NCBI GenBank assembly: GCA_013239625.1
Contig: MU054187.1
Location: 13,982,974-14,046,973 of the forward strand
DNA: 64,000 bases
Source: Lama guanicoe
Lineage: Eukaryota
Direction: 5' to 3'
This document shows positions 12,033 through 25,186 of this stretch, one piece after another. The notes under the pieces were generated by a model, which worked only from the letters and a program-made list of their open reading frames with translations, had not been told where the DNA came from and did no database searches. The stretch's first letter is position 1. Every line of letters starts with the position of its first letter. The translations under genes were made by a program, and so were the position numbers.

Positions 12033-15000
12033 TATGACATAATCTCTTTTAATCTGTTTTTTATATTTTATTAATATTTCATTAATAGATCTTAAATATT
12101 AAACTATGCTTGCATTCCTTGAATAAATTCTCCTTAGTCATACATACTGCTCAACTAATTTGCTAATATTTTACTTAAGAATTTTTCATTTGTATTTGTT
12201 AAATGAGATTAGTCTATGATGTCCTTGTACTTCCTATTCATTTTTATTTGTTAGTCAAATGAGTTGGGTAGCTTTCTCTTTTCTGTTCTTTAAAATAGTT
12301 TCTATAAGAGATTATTTGTTACTTGAAGATTTGTTAAGTGTCACATATAAAACCATTTGGACTTTGTGTCTTTTGGGCAAAGTTAAGCCTCTGTTTACTG
12401 ATTTCAGTTTCTTTAGTAGTTGTTGGTGTAGTCAGACTCTCAACTTCTTCTTGAGTCAGTCTGGTATTTCATTGTTTCCTAGAAAATTATCCATTTTATC
12501 TTAGTATTCAATATTATTGGCATAAAGACGTGCATCATAATACTTTATTTTTTTAATCTCTACTGTATCAGTAGTTAATCCCATTATAATTTCAGTATTT
12601 TTCTATTGCTATTTCTACTCCCGTCCTCTCCCAGCCTTTCTTTGTCCTGCCTCTTTTTACTTTTTCATTTACACATATCATCACAAAGCTCAACTCTGAA
12701 TAGTAATTTCTTCTGCTACAAGTTTGAAATTATAATTGATTTCTGAGATGGTAAGTAGGGCTATTTCTAAATATGCATGATTTTAGGTAGCATGTACTGC
12801 CAGAAAGATTGTCTCTTGGTATTTTAAATTCCTGTTTTCCCTGGAATTTTTCTAATTCTGACTAAAGACATCAGTTTTGCAGCTTGGAGTCCAGTCAAAC
12901 CCCATCCCCCAAATCTAGGCCTTCTAAACTAGCTGTTTGGGAAGAAAAAAAAATTTTTTTAGCCTTCCCTACCTTGATATCCCACAAATTATCTTTCCCT
13001 ATATCAGAAATCATTTTAATTGCTACATTTCATATATCTTACGTTAGTGTTTTGATTAAACTTATTAAGAGAAATATATATTCCTTTTTAGATATTTTTC
13101 ATATATTCTCATGCTTAACTACAAAGAAAGCCTGAGAGCGTCTTCGCTTCTCTCCTAATCTTGGTACCCTACCCTCCCACCCTACACGCCCTCCCCAGCT
13201 CAGCATCATCACCTTGTAGAATCTGGAGACTGTTTCACCTCAAAGTCCCTGCCACTTTTCCATGATCCCAAAGGCTGCCCTGTCTCAGTCTCTCTTTCGC
13301 TTTCCTGGAAACCGCAGAGAAGAGCAAATCCAACAGAAAGAGGGTGAGGGAGTGAGACAACATTCCTCTGGCAGTCTTCTGGCTCCTGGCCAAAAGTTCT
13401 ACTTCCAGAAATCTCCTTTCTTTCCTAGACTGTGTCTCCCCACCAGGAATTAGCCATAAAGCATATTTCTATCTGGGAAGCATAAATCCCCACCCTCCAC
13501 TTTTCTTGGCTCAGAAAGAGATACTTTTTTCCAAAGCAATTTCTCTTAAGAAGGGAGCAGGGCTGCCTGCACCTCTGAGCTCATCTGGCTTGTCCCCACA
13601 GAGCCTACAGCCGCCCCGACTCTGGTGAGGTCACTGTCCTTGGCCCTGCCCCTGGCAATGACGTTCACAGGCTGCCTCAGAAAGTTTCCAGTGGCCCAAA
13701 CTCTGTCAGCCAAACAAGACAGCAGCGATTTCAACAGATAATCAGCTTTCATCCCAGTGGCAGCTGGCACATTGGGAACAGTCAGTAAATATTAATCGAT
13801 AGCTATCCAGTGGCACTGAAGAGAGAAAAAAGAATAATCTCATGGCTTAACCGAGGTCACATGAAACAGATGCTGGGCCCCCCCTCGTTTTCAAAGGACG
13901 GTCCTTGTTCCACTAGCTTGAGCTGCTCAGGCAGGGGAATCTGCCCCGGCCCAAAACCTTTTGCTTCCGCAGGCAAGCTCTCCAGGACGACGGACGTGTT
14001 CTGCCTCTGGTTGATCTGTATTAGTGAACGGGGATTATTCAGGATACCCTACGCCAGCCTTATGAGAATTTCCTATAACTGTTTTCTGAGCCATCAAATG
14101 AGGGAGCTGAAGCAGGTCCTGACTGTGGACCTTGAGATGAAACCACAGCATCCGCCAATACCTCGATCCACCCTGAACGACCTATTTGTTTAATACAAAT
14201 ACAGCCCAGTATTGCATCTTGTACAGTTTTCTGTATCTGAAAATTGGTCATGCTGGTGATAGATCTGGACTACTTAGTGAACAACCCTCTAAGAACTGAA
14301 AAAGATGGAATGTATTGTTTGAAAACACAGAAAGCAGAAACTTTACTGAATGGCATAGTAAGTTTAGTCTGTTTGCGTGGAGGAGGGCCTGACATGGTCT
14401 CTGACTTCCTTGGATGGTCCAATTTCAAGTAGTCTACCTTTGTTGAGCATGTCAGGAGATGAGCCCAATCTCTAGCCAAGAAAGGAACCAGGGCTTCTGA
14501 TCAAGAGCCCCTGTCCATCTGGCTGAGAGGATTTGCCCCGCCCCCTGCATGTAGGCGGAGTTGAAGTCCGGCTCCAGAGATGCTTCCAGCTCTACTTTCC
14601 TAAGTGCTTTACTCTCTGACCTAACTGATCGCCCCTCTTGGCTCTTACTCCCTTATGCTCCACCGCACAGACAGGACTCAGCTCAACCCTGCCCCAGCTT
14701 CCCTCACTCAGTCGTGTCCAGCTCTGAAACCCAGTCCTAGGCCGGGGCTCTGGACTTCCTCTCTCCCCAAAAGGGAAGTTGGGATGTGCACAGGCGGGTG
14801 AGAGAGAACACACCATCACAGTTCTCCTTCAGCCTGTTTCGTGGTTCCCGGAAGTGTGCTATTTGGAAGGTACACCCAATAAACATAGCCTGCCTCACAC
14901 CACTTGGCTGTCTCATTTCCCCAGATTGATGCTCCTTCAGAGAAGAGTCTTTACACTTTAATCAAGTGTTTTGCACGTGACAGTCTCCTAATAAAATTTC

Positions 15001-15112
15001 TTGATTGATTTCCAATCAGTTAACTTTCTAACTTACCTATGATCACCATCATGATTATGAAAGTTTTTTTTTAAAGCAACTACTGAAACTTTGTTGTTTT
15101 TTTTTTTTTAAT

Positions 15113-15270
15113 GGAGAAGGGTATAGCTCAAGTGGTAGAGAGCATGCTTAGCATGCATGAGGTCCTGGGTTCAATCCCCAGTACCTCCTCTAAAAAGAAA
15201 GAAAGAAAGAAATCTAATTATCTCCCTCCCCCACCCCCCAAAAACCCAAGAAAAACAATATTTTTTTAAA
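15113..15270 (+). mobile_element. tRNA-derived SINE (Vic-1-like)
   Basis: GGGTATAGCTCAAGTGGTAGAGAGCATGCTTAGCATGCATGAGGTCCTGGGTTCAATCCCCAGTACCTCC, then (AAAG)n and a CTAATTA tail. Confidence 0.9.
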
Positions 15271-15272
15271 AA

Positions 15273-15550
15273 TTTAATGGTTACCAAAGGGGAAAGGGGA
15301 GGGGAGGAATAAATTAGGAGCTTTGGATTAACGTATTCACACTACTACGTATGAAACAGATGAACAGCAGGGACCCGCTGTATAGCATAGGGAAATGTAC
15401 TCAGTGTCTTGTAATAAGCTATAATGGAAGAAAATCTGGAAAAATATACACACATATATATATGTATATGTATAATTAAATCACTTTGCTGTTCACCAGA
15501 ATCTAATACAAAATTGTAAGCCAACTATACTTCCAATTTCAAAAAAAAAT
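15273..15550 (+). mobile_element. LINE-1 3' end fragment
   Basis: atggttaccaaaggggaaagg...ctgtatagcataggg...aaattgtaagccaactatacttcc followed by an A tail. Confidence 0.85.
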
Positions 15551-16496
15551 TCATAGAGAACCAAGACTGAAGTAATTCCTTAAAGCTATGACTCAGATTG
15601 ACTATTGCTTTTGACACAGCTGTACATTTTAAAGAAAACATTCTGTGGACGTAAAGGTAAATTTTACGTAGCACCTTGCCGTCTCTTAAGCATCAAACTT
15701 AAAAAACAACAGAATTAAACTCCTTGTTCCTCAGCAGTAGAGGTTTCTATTATGATTCCCCAGTAATATAAACTGCTGCTGGCTCTCAGCAGAGGGGAGC
15801 GTAAGCCAGTTTCTCTCCTTCATAATTATTTTATTTAGAAGGTATAGAAGAGACATATAGAAAAATAANNNNNNNNNNNNNNNNNNNNNNNNNNNNNNNN
15901 NNNNNNNNNNNNNNNNNNNNNNNNNNNNNNNNNNNNNNNNNNNNNNNNNNNNNNNNNNNNNNNNNNNNNNNNNNNNNNNNNNNNNNNNNNNNNNNNNNNN
16001 NNNNNNNNNNNNNNNNNNNNNNNNNNNNNNNNNNNNNNNNCTGAGGGAAATGTTCTGGATGACTTCGGAGAGCTCCGTAACACAATAAGGAACATATGCT
16101 CTGTGGGGCTTCCCCGACATCTGACAGGCAGTGGTACCACGTGCTCATCAGGGGAGAGGGAGGATGTTAGCGCCATGGTACTAGGTACTGTGCCACGTCC
16201 CATGTTTGAAAACCCTCTAAAGCACTTCAGTGTGACTACTCTCAGCATCCCTTAGTGCAGAGATTCTCACTATCCAGCTAGAAAGACAGGCTCACTGAGG
16301 CTAAAATCATAGGATCCAACACAGCAAAAGGTAAGAAAGGAATTTAAAGGTACATTCTCACCACTGCCTCTTCTCAAGGAAAACAGACATTTCCCTAATC
16401 AAAAAGAAATGATAAAACAATGAGCAGTAAATTAAATGAAGTGATAAATGCAAAACTCAGCACCCAAACTGTATTGTCCTTTAATCTCTTCTAAGT

Positions 16497-17360
16497 CTTT
16501 TTTTTTATTATTTATTTTTCTTAAGGTATAGTTGATTTACAATGTTGTGTTAGTTTCAGGTGTACAGCAAAGTGATTCAGTGATAGATATGTGTATATGT
16601 ATATGTTTATATATATTCTTTTTCAGATTCTTTTCCATTATAGGTTATTACAAGATATTGAATATAATTCCCTGTGCTATACAGTAGGTTCTTGCTGTTT
16701 ATCTGTTTTATATATGGTAGTGTGTATATGTTAATACCAAACTCCTAATTTATCCCTCCCCTCCTCCTTCCTCTTTGGTAACCATAAGTTTGTTTTCTAC
16801 GTCTGTGAGTCTGTAAATAAGTTCATTTTTGTCATACCTCAGATTTCCCATTTGTGTTGTACTTTAGATTTCACATACAAGTGATGTCATATATGGGGCT
16901 TACTTCACTTANNNNNNNNNNNNNNNNNNNNNNNNNNNNNNNNNNNNNNNNNNNNNNNNNNNNNNNNNNNNNNNNNNNNNNNNNNNNNNNNNNNNNNNNN
17001 NNNNNNNNNNNNNNNNNNNNNNNNNNNNNNNNNNNNNNNNNNNNNNNNNNNNNNNNNNNNNNNNNNNNNNNNNNNNNNNNNNNNNNNNNNNNNTTTTCAA
17101 ATTAGAATTTTCATCTTTTCCATATGTAAGTCCAGGCATGGGACTGCTGGGACTCTATTTTTAGTTTCTTAAGGAAACTCCATACTGTTCTCCACAGTGG
17201 CTGCACCAATTTGCATGCCCACCAACAGTGTAGGAGGGTTCCCTTTTCTCCACAGCCCCTCCATCATTTATTACTTGTACATTTTTTGATGATGGCCATT
17301 CTGACCAGTGTAAGGTAATACCTCATTGTAGTTTTGATTTGCATTTCTCTAATAATTAGC
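16497..17360 (-). mobile_element. 5'-truncated LINE-1 (ORF2 end and 3' UTR)
   Basis: Poly(T) start and typical L1 3' UTR (tagttgatttacaatgttgtgttagtttcaggtgtacagcaaagtgattcag). ORF2 remnant [25 protein letters not shown]. Confidence 0.9.
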
Positions 17361-19849
17361 ACAAATCCCATTACTTCTTCATCTTTATTCTTCACTAGAC
17401 TTCTAAAGGGGAAGGGAAAAGAGGGATAGAGCACAAGTTCTCTAATCATCTCTCAAAGGGTCAGATTCAGATTCTACAGTTCTAGAACATTCTCTGTAGC
17501 AAAGTAACCACAGATGGCCAATCTACCCAAATACAAATACCTTGATCATTCCATTCATTCTTCCAGCAGTGCCAGGCACTGGGACTACAGATGAAAAGAC
17601 AAGGCACCCAGGGAGCCTCAGGTCTAGTGGGGAGGCAGAGACACCATCAATCACATAGACATGACCGTGCTTTAATGGAGGAAGGTATAGAGTGTGGCGG
17701 GGCAGGGATGGAACACAGAACCAATAAATCTCTGCCCGCCAATCTAATGCTCTTCATACCTGTGAAGCTTGGGTCCCTCCCCAGTCCTGTCACATCAAGC
17801 CCCTGTTCCCACCGGTCACCATCCGAACCACAGCCCCAAACTTGTGCAGGAAATAGTGGATGTGCATGAACTTCAAGTACCCACTCTCTAGAGGGGGCAT
17901 TATTTTATTTAATCTTCACAACAACCCCATTTTCTGGATGAGATCATTGAGGTCCAGAGAAGTTCCATGGTGCCAATATCAGAATAAGGAAGGAGCTGCC
18001 TCTGACCTCAAAGTCCCTGTTCTTTCCAATATATTTCACTGTTTCAACTGCTTTACCCAAAAATCATGATCAACAGCAATGCTGGAGGTAGCCCTGTTTC
18101 TGTGTACTTCAGTTTAGTCTCTTTAGTGTAGATTGCAATCTGTTGGCAGAAAAATAACTTTCAACAATGGTGAGTCATTACATGCATTTTAGATTTACAT
18201 TGGAGAATCCTCAGGAATACCAAGCACAGCTGTCCCACCATGAGACTCTTGGCCCAAACCCCATTGTCCCCAGGGCCAATGCAGTTATGTAGGGGGCAAA
18301 ACGAATCCATACGACACATAGTTCACCACGAGCGGTGACCAGGACTGTCGCCTTCCTTAATTCTAACCATGTCAGGCTAAAGTATCTTATATAAATGCCA
18401 TTGAAATGGAACACCAATTTCCTGCATCGATGCAAAAATCTGAGTGGTTATAAAACCACATGCTGCTTATGTATTTTTAATGTAAAATAAACTTTGTTTT
18501 CTTGGAACTGTGAAGACTGTGGTCAGATGTCATCAGGAGGCAGCAATGTCAGAAGCAGATTTAAGGAGCCCAGCCGGAGGTGATAATGTTTACTGCTTAC
18601 ATTTGCAAGATAGTTGTACTGTACGTGTGCAGAATGGGGACAGGGGCGTTGTCAAGACCCTGCGTAAAATTCCATCACTGTCTTTAACAATATTGTACAT
18701 GCTTATGTAGCAAGAGCTGGACTGGAGGAAGATTAATAGTGAAAGGATGTGCTAATGAATTATTAATGAACAGGCTTCATATGATGCAATTCTCAGAAAT
18801 GTTAACTATCCAGCTTAGATTGGAGAAGACCTTCCTCCTTTCCAAAATGTGCATCTGGAAAACCAAGGCTCAAAATTCAGGAAGCTGGTGTCTCGTAGAT
18901 CCACTTCAGTGCTTATATACACAGCACTTAAAATGCAGACAGGCACTTTGATGGATGGGTGACTGATGGACTGGATGATGTCATTAACCATTCAGTCACG
19001 GTTCATAGATCTTTATGTTGTGGGACATTTTCTGAGATTTAACTAAAGCTGGCCGTGATCCAGACGGAAGAGGTGACACTTCAGCCCAACCTATAGGGAT
19101 GCTTAGGCGGGAAGTACCTAGGGGTGTGTTCCTTTTAAATAACCAGAAGCACTCAGGAATTAACCTATTACATTCACTACCAACCATTATTCTTAGTGCG
19201 AATGATTTAATCAAATGTCATCCTTGTAATGGATGACTGATCAGATGGGCGTTTTGATTGGCTCCGAGTGGAGAGGAGAGAACTGGGGAGCCTGGCCACT
19301 GGATCCGAAGGTGTGGTCCCAGGTCTGAGAAGCCAGAGCAGCTTGAAAGAGGAAGTGGGCTAGAAGATGGGGGAAATCCAGAGCCATCATTTCCACAGCC
19401 TTGGTTTTGCTCCATTCCATTCTCAGCATCCCTTGAAAACAACAGTACGAAAGGAAATCTGCAGCTGCTCCCTCAGCCTTATCAGGTTGTCCATCCTAAA
19501 CTTCTCTCCCACTGGGGATTTTTCAGAATTGACATTTTCCCCTACTGAGTTCTCACTCCATGATTCCTGGGGTGCAGGACATTCACTGCTCCTCCTTAGT
19601 TGTAAGAGAGAGAGAGCAATGGCTGTGTGTGCAGAAGGGGCTTCCACGAGCAATGACCACAGGATGGGGCCCCACGTCACTGGGAGGGACCACAAAGCAA
19701 GACGCTTCCAGCAGGGCCATCACCCGTGGAAAGTCAAAAATGACCTATTCGGCAAATTAAAAGACATTGCCACAAACATCTAAGCCTCCTTGATCCTTTT
19801 CCTTCATTCTTTGGCATGGGTAAACTGATTCTTCTCAGTTAATCTGAGG

Positions 19850-20050
19850 CCGTGAATTAGGTACCTGGCACATGTTATGTGTTTCACAAATCACCTCATT
19901 GAACTCCCAACAGCCTGAAAAGTTGGCAGATTATCCCTGTTTTATGGATGAGAAAACTGAGGCTCTGAAAGGTTGCATTGCTTGCACAGGGTTTATGTCA
20001 CTGCAGAGTAGCTGAGGCAGGATTTGAAGCTGGGAAAAAGACTTCCCAGC
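19850..20050 (-). mobile_element. MIR
   Basis: attatccctgttttatggatgagaaaactgaggctctgaaaggttgcattgcttgcacaggg...ggcaggatttgaa. Confidence 0.75.
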
Positions 20051-21194
20051 CTACACCCCGGTTCCCGTTCTTACACCTCCCTATATCCTAATTCTATATC
20101 TCACACAATTCTTAATTTTTTTCTAAATCCCCTATGAAAATTGTTGCCTATGAAAATGTGCCTACCGTCTGATAGCTCTGGACACAAAGTCATTAGGTTG
20201 TAAATCAAATTTCAGTTACTGTTCAAAGAAGTATGCAAAGCAATCTTTAAAAGCAGCAATATGCTTAAGGAAATGACCGTGATGGCATTTCTCTTCTGAA
20301 ACGATGCGCTTTTCAGTGCCAGCTAATCAACCCTTGGGAATCTTTAATGATTTTGTCCCAGACAACTGCACAGCCAGAAAATTCAGTTTGACCTGAGGAT
20401 GATGGATGTGTGTGATTTAGATCTGAAGACTGATAAAAGGGAGGAGGTTTATGCAAGTTGACAAAAAACAAAATAGCCACGGTTCAGTGTGATTTGCTAT
20501 TTATAAAGAGATTCTATTTGCTTTTGTGGCAGTTTTGTCTGCCCTGATATTTCTTCCGCTTATTAAAAAGAATTCACACTCATCAGTTCGCTCTCTGAGC
20601 ATGATAAATACATTTCGAGTCCCAAGTCCTATTACATTAAATTTATTTTCCATTCTAGAATGGGCAGAAAATATATCTTTGATTTGTTCTTTCCAACTCC
20701 ATTGAGTGCATTATTGCTTTATTGTGTGATGTTATGCATTTCATACTTTTAGATAATTTACGTGCACTTTGAGATCGTCTATGTAATTTTTTTAATTGAA
20801 GTATAGTCAGTTTACAATTTTTTAAATTGAAGTATAGATTTTTTAATTGAAGAATAGACTTCTATCTGTTTTAACGTGTAAAGCCCACAATATTAGTAAG
20901 CACAGTTCAGACCTAAAATTCAATCATAATACCTTTCACGAAATACAATAGCAGTAAACGTGCCGTCAAAGTGTTTTTTATATATGCATTGCCTTATTCA
21001 GTCTTTGTGTGTATTGCTTATCAGAATTCATTGAAACAAGTAAGATTAAAGCATTTCATCATATTATAATCTCACCATTTTTGGTCGCCTAGCAGATAAC
21101 ACAGGAAAAAATACTGAGGTCTAGGTAATGTCTACACAATATCAAAATGTCTAGTCACTTTCTTTTTTGATCCAGATGTCTGTTATTATACAAA

Positions 21195-21465
21195 CGTAAA
21201 AGCCGAAAAGTTCGTAGTGGTTACCAGAGGGCAGAGGGAGGAGGGAGGGACAAATTATGTGTATGGGATTAAAAGACCCAACTACTATGTATGAAATAGA
21301 TGAACAACATGGATACGCTCTATGGCACAGGTGACCATAGCTATTGTCTTGTAATAACTTTTAATGGAGTACAATCGGTAAAAATGCTAAATCTCTATGC
21401 TGTACACCTGAAACTGATGTAATGTTGTAAATCAATTATATTTAAATTAAAAAAGAAAAAAAAAG
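21195..21465 (+). mobile_element. LINE-1 3' end fragment
   Basis: gtggttaccagagggcagaggg...gctgtacacctgaaactgatgtaatgttgtaaatcaattata followed by an A tail. Confidence 0.85.
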
Positions 21466-21649
21466 AAACCTCAGATTTTTTTAAAGGCCAAATAGTTTGA
21501 TTTGCTCTATGGACACTGAAATGTTCACAAAGAACACAGTAAAATCACTGACATTTCCCATGACATTGTAAAATCAGTTCTGAACCCAGAGGTGTGCCCA
21601 TCCAAGTGGTACATCAGTAAAGTCATGTATAGACCCAATTGTCTATTCT

Positions 21650-22142
21650 TTCATGCCACCCACAATTATTGAGCCCCTACCCCTTGCCAGGCACTGTTCT
21701 GGGCACAGAGGATACAGCAGTAACACAGACTGGCACTTCCCTTGCTCCCTTGAGCTAAGCATCTAATTAATAAACCTCAGAGAATGGCAAGTGCTAGGCC
21801 AGGAATTGAAACAAGGGGTTGCGGTAGGGAGATGTTCCCTCTCACTACGGAGGTAACATTTCACCTGAGATCTGAAGACAGGAAGGAAGGAGCTAGCAGT
21901 GCAACAGTTAGCAGGACAGGCCTCGCAGGTGTAGAGAAAAGCCAAGATGCTAAAAGGGGAAGGGGCTCAGCAAGAGGTCTGTGGTCAAGATGGGGAGCGG
22001 AGGAGGAGGTGAGGTCACAGAGAGGAAAGGCAAGGCCATGCGGGGCTCTGAGACCTGGCTAGGAGTTTGCATTTCATTCTAAATGTGAGAGGAAGCCACG
22101 GGGGGGGATGTAAGAGGAAGGGTATGATCGGATTTACATTTT
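21650..22142 (-). mobile_element. L2 3' fragment
   Basis: attattgagcccctac...tgccaggcactgttctgggcacagaggatacagcagt...gaggtaacatttcacctgagatctgaag...ggagtttgcatttcattct. Confidence 0.75.
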
Positions 22143-22802
22143 TTAATGTTTTAAATGTCTAAGTTAAGAATGTGACCATGTGCTAATTCTTATAATAAAG
22201 AACAAATGAATTACCTGTTGATTAGATCAAATTGCATGCCTTCAGTCCCTTCCTCCCTTCATATTCTCCCTCACACCGTGACCACAAAGAGGCCATATTT
22301 TGACACCTTCATCTGTCTTTTCAAGGACCTCTCTGGGGAGGCACCCCTGGAAGCAGCATCCTTATCTGTTCATCTTGTTTAGATGTTCCCTGATCTAAAT
22401 TCCCTTTGCCAATAGCTTTACATGGGATTCAAGCAAGTCTCCAGTACTTTCTGTCAGTTCATGAAATCCTGCTTCTTGTGCAAGAATTTTACTTTAACTT
22501 GACCACAGGTCTGTATGGCATATTTTAGAGCATCTGGATACTCAGGACACAGGCATGGTGGTGTGGAGAGAGCCCAGAGTCAAGGGAGGGACATTTGAGA
22601 AACACTGTAAATATTCAGGTGAGCATTTACATGTTCTGTTTCCCTAGATCTCTTAGCTACAAGGACTGAAATAACAAATACTTCTAAAACCTACTGGGCC
22701 TTGCCTCTAAGGCCCCTAGAAAGTGGTTGGGAAAATGAATTAATAGTCATGAAAGAATCAGTGAACACAACAGAATGATACTTTTTAGCCTTCTACATGT
22801 CC

Positions 22803-23310
22803 TGGGCAGAATAATGGCCTCTAAAAACGTCTGTATCCTAATCCCCAGAATATGTCAGCATGTTACGTTACATGACAAAAGAGAATTACGGTTGCAAATG
22901 GAATTAAGATGGCTAATCAGCTCACCTTAAAATAGGGAGCTTATCCTGGATTATCCAAAGAGGCCCCAGGTAATCACAGGGTCCTTAAAAGTGGAAGAAG
23001 AAGTCAAAAGAAAGTCATAGAAAGATGTGACAACACAAGAAAGGCGAGAGAAATGACTTGTTATGGGTTTTAAGGATGAAGGAGGGAGCCATCGAGACTC
23101 AAAGAATGCCAGAGATCCTGGAAAGAGCGGGGACGTGGATTGTCCCCTTTTGTCCCTTCTAAAAGGGACACAGCCCTGGCCCTGTCAACACACTTTGATT
23201 GTAATCCAGTCAGACTCGTGTCTAATTTCTGAACTACAGAACTGTCAGATGTAAATGTGTGTGTTTTAAGTTGGTAGTACATTGTTACAGCAGCAGTAGA
23301 AAATTGATAT
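22803..23310 (+). mobile_element. MaLR solo LTR (MLT1D-like)
   Basis: ggcagaataatggcc...cctaatccccagaa...aatggaattaagatggctaatcagctcaccttaaaatagggag...ttgttacagcagcagtagaaaattgatat. Confidence 0.85.
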
Positions 23311-25021
23311 GATAGAATAAAACTCCACATTGTGGAATAAGTTAGGAGGTGCAAGGGGTGAAGATGAGGGAGAGAAATACAGAGTCACAAACTAAGGATC
23401 TCATAGAGGAGGTGAATCTTGGTCCAGAAAACCTATGATTAAAAAAAACCTTTTGCAGAAGATAAGGTAAAACAAAGCTCTTAACATCTTTGGGGCCAAC
23501 GCTCATAACCAGAGCAGCCTGCCCAAATTCATCCAGGGTACAGTGTTTTTGAATGATTTCTGTATATAATTTTAACATATTTGGGCTAATTAATATGGCT
23601 GCTGATTAGGAGATAGATTTTGTTCCTAATTTTAAAAGTCCATCTTTCATAATCATTTAAGTTGTCATTTACAGCTCAAAAAAATTAGCAGGGCATGATA
23701 TCCTTGAGCTTTTTTTTTTTTAAGTTTCCAAAATAAGTTCCTGTAAACTTCCGTGGATCTTTGAAAGGCATTGTTATGATGAAGCATAATCTATACTCTG
23801 GCAGAGTTTTGTTTTGCTGAATGTTCCAGACTAAGAGAAAGTTAGCTCAGGAAACCCTCTTAAGTGGATATTGATATTTAATAAGCTTGACTCTGAACAA
23901 GTTTCAGCCAGTTCCTTCCTCGTCCAGAAAGTCGACACTGTCTTGGGTTGTCGTTATATAAGCTCTTTGTGGGAGGGTGCCATCACCCGAATTCCTGGCT
24001 CTGGAAATTGCTGGGGGATAGGCGTTTGTCTCCACATTTTCTCCTCCCTCAGGACAGACGCAAGATGTACCCTTCACCTCTGTGTCCACCCCACCCACAA
24101 GCACAGAATCTTTCCCAAAGTCAACACAAAATGATATTTCATGAATGAAATAAATGGAGCACTCTAATTAGAGCTGAGACATTGTGCCAAGTAGCCTTTT
24201 CAGATTCATAATTATGTATGAATCTCCAGACTTGCACAGGAAACTCCTGCATTTCTGTGTGTCGGTAAATATACAAAGGTCATTCTAATACATCTAATTT
24301 TGTCCGCCTAAAAATATCAGACTGTTGAGTGCTACACTGTTATCAAATACACTAATTCTGATGATCCAGAAAACATTTCAAAAGAAAGCATTGTATTCTA
24401 GAATCAGAACTTCTCTTTCTTGCAGTACTTCTTCAAAATGGCTGATTTTGATCCGGTATCTTAATTGAGGGCTTTTCTTGATCTATTCTCTGTCACTGGA
24501 AAGAAGTCAAGCTATGAATCATTCAGAGAAATTCACATTGTCAGGCTGATACAGACCCCAAGACGGGATAGTTCCTTTCCCTTTTGTTGTTAATATTTGT
24601 GTATCCTTAATGGGCATTTTAATATCGTTTGTTGTGGAAAATGACAGACCATGGTTGTGCCTACAAATGTGTGCATTTAAGAAAGATAAATGCATTATTT
24701 ATATTCTAGACAATTCCAAGCCAAGTTTTTTCATTACATTATTACAATAGAGGAAATTACCTCCATCTTACTGACCCCTGCACTGTGACAGAGACCACAC
24801 CTGATTGATTTTATATAATTCCTTATACCTAGAAGACACTGGCCCCCAAAATTGTTGTTGAATTTCACTCAGTAGGTAATAGAAAACTAATAAAACAATG
24901 AAAAATCAAGTGAAAATAAGAAAATTATCTAATTCATTTTACTGTTGGATATAATAATAAAACTGGATCATTAAGGAGTCCGATGCTCACTTACCCAGTT
25001 TGGCCAGTTAATAGAGAATTT

Positions 25022-25186
25022 TTTAAATATTTTATCTACTATTGTATGATTTAATTATTTTATTTTGGTAGGGGTGGGATAATTAGGCTTATTTATTTTC
25101 AGAGGAGGTACTGGGAATTGAACCCAGAACCTCTTGCAGGCTAAACATGCTAAGCATGCACTCTACCACTTGAGCTATACCCTCAC
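25022..25186 (-). mobile_element. tRNA-derived SINE (Vic-1-like)
   Basis: Same head on the - strand. Perfect 18-bp TSD ccagttaatagagaattt at 25004-25021 and 25187-25204. Confidence 0.9.

Larger units (their letters stand above)
9620..12620 (-). mobile_element. Old degraded LINE-1 (L1M/L1ME-type) hosting several nested insertions
   Basis: T-rich antisense L1 motifs (gaaatggcatcttgtc...gttgagcatcttttcatgtg; gagaattttaagatcagcttg; tttgctaatattttac). Remnant peptide HMKRCSNSPVIRKTKI. Confidence 0.75.

Noticed and set aside
15113-15190. tRNA-Ala(AGC)-like gene calls at the six SINE heads
   Set aside because: The acceptor stems are degenerate, and the A-rich tails and TSDs show these are SINEs rather than tRNA genes.
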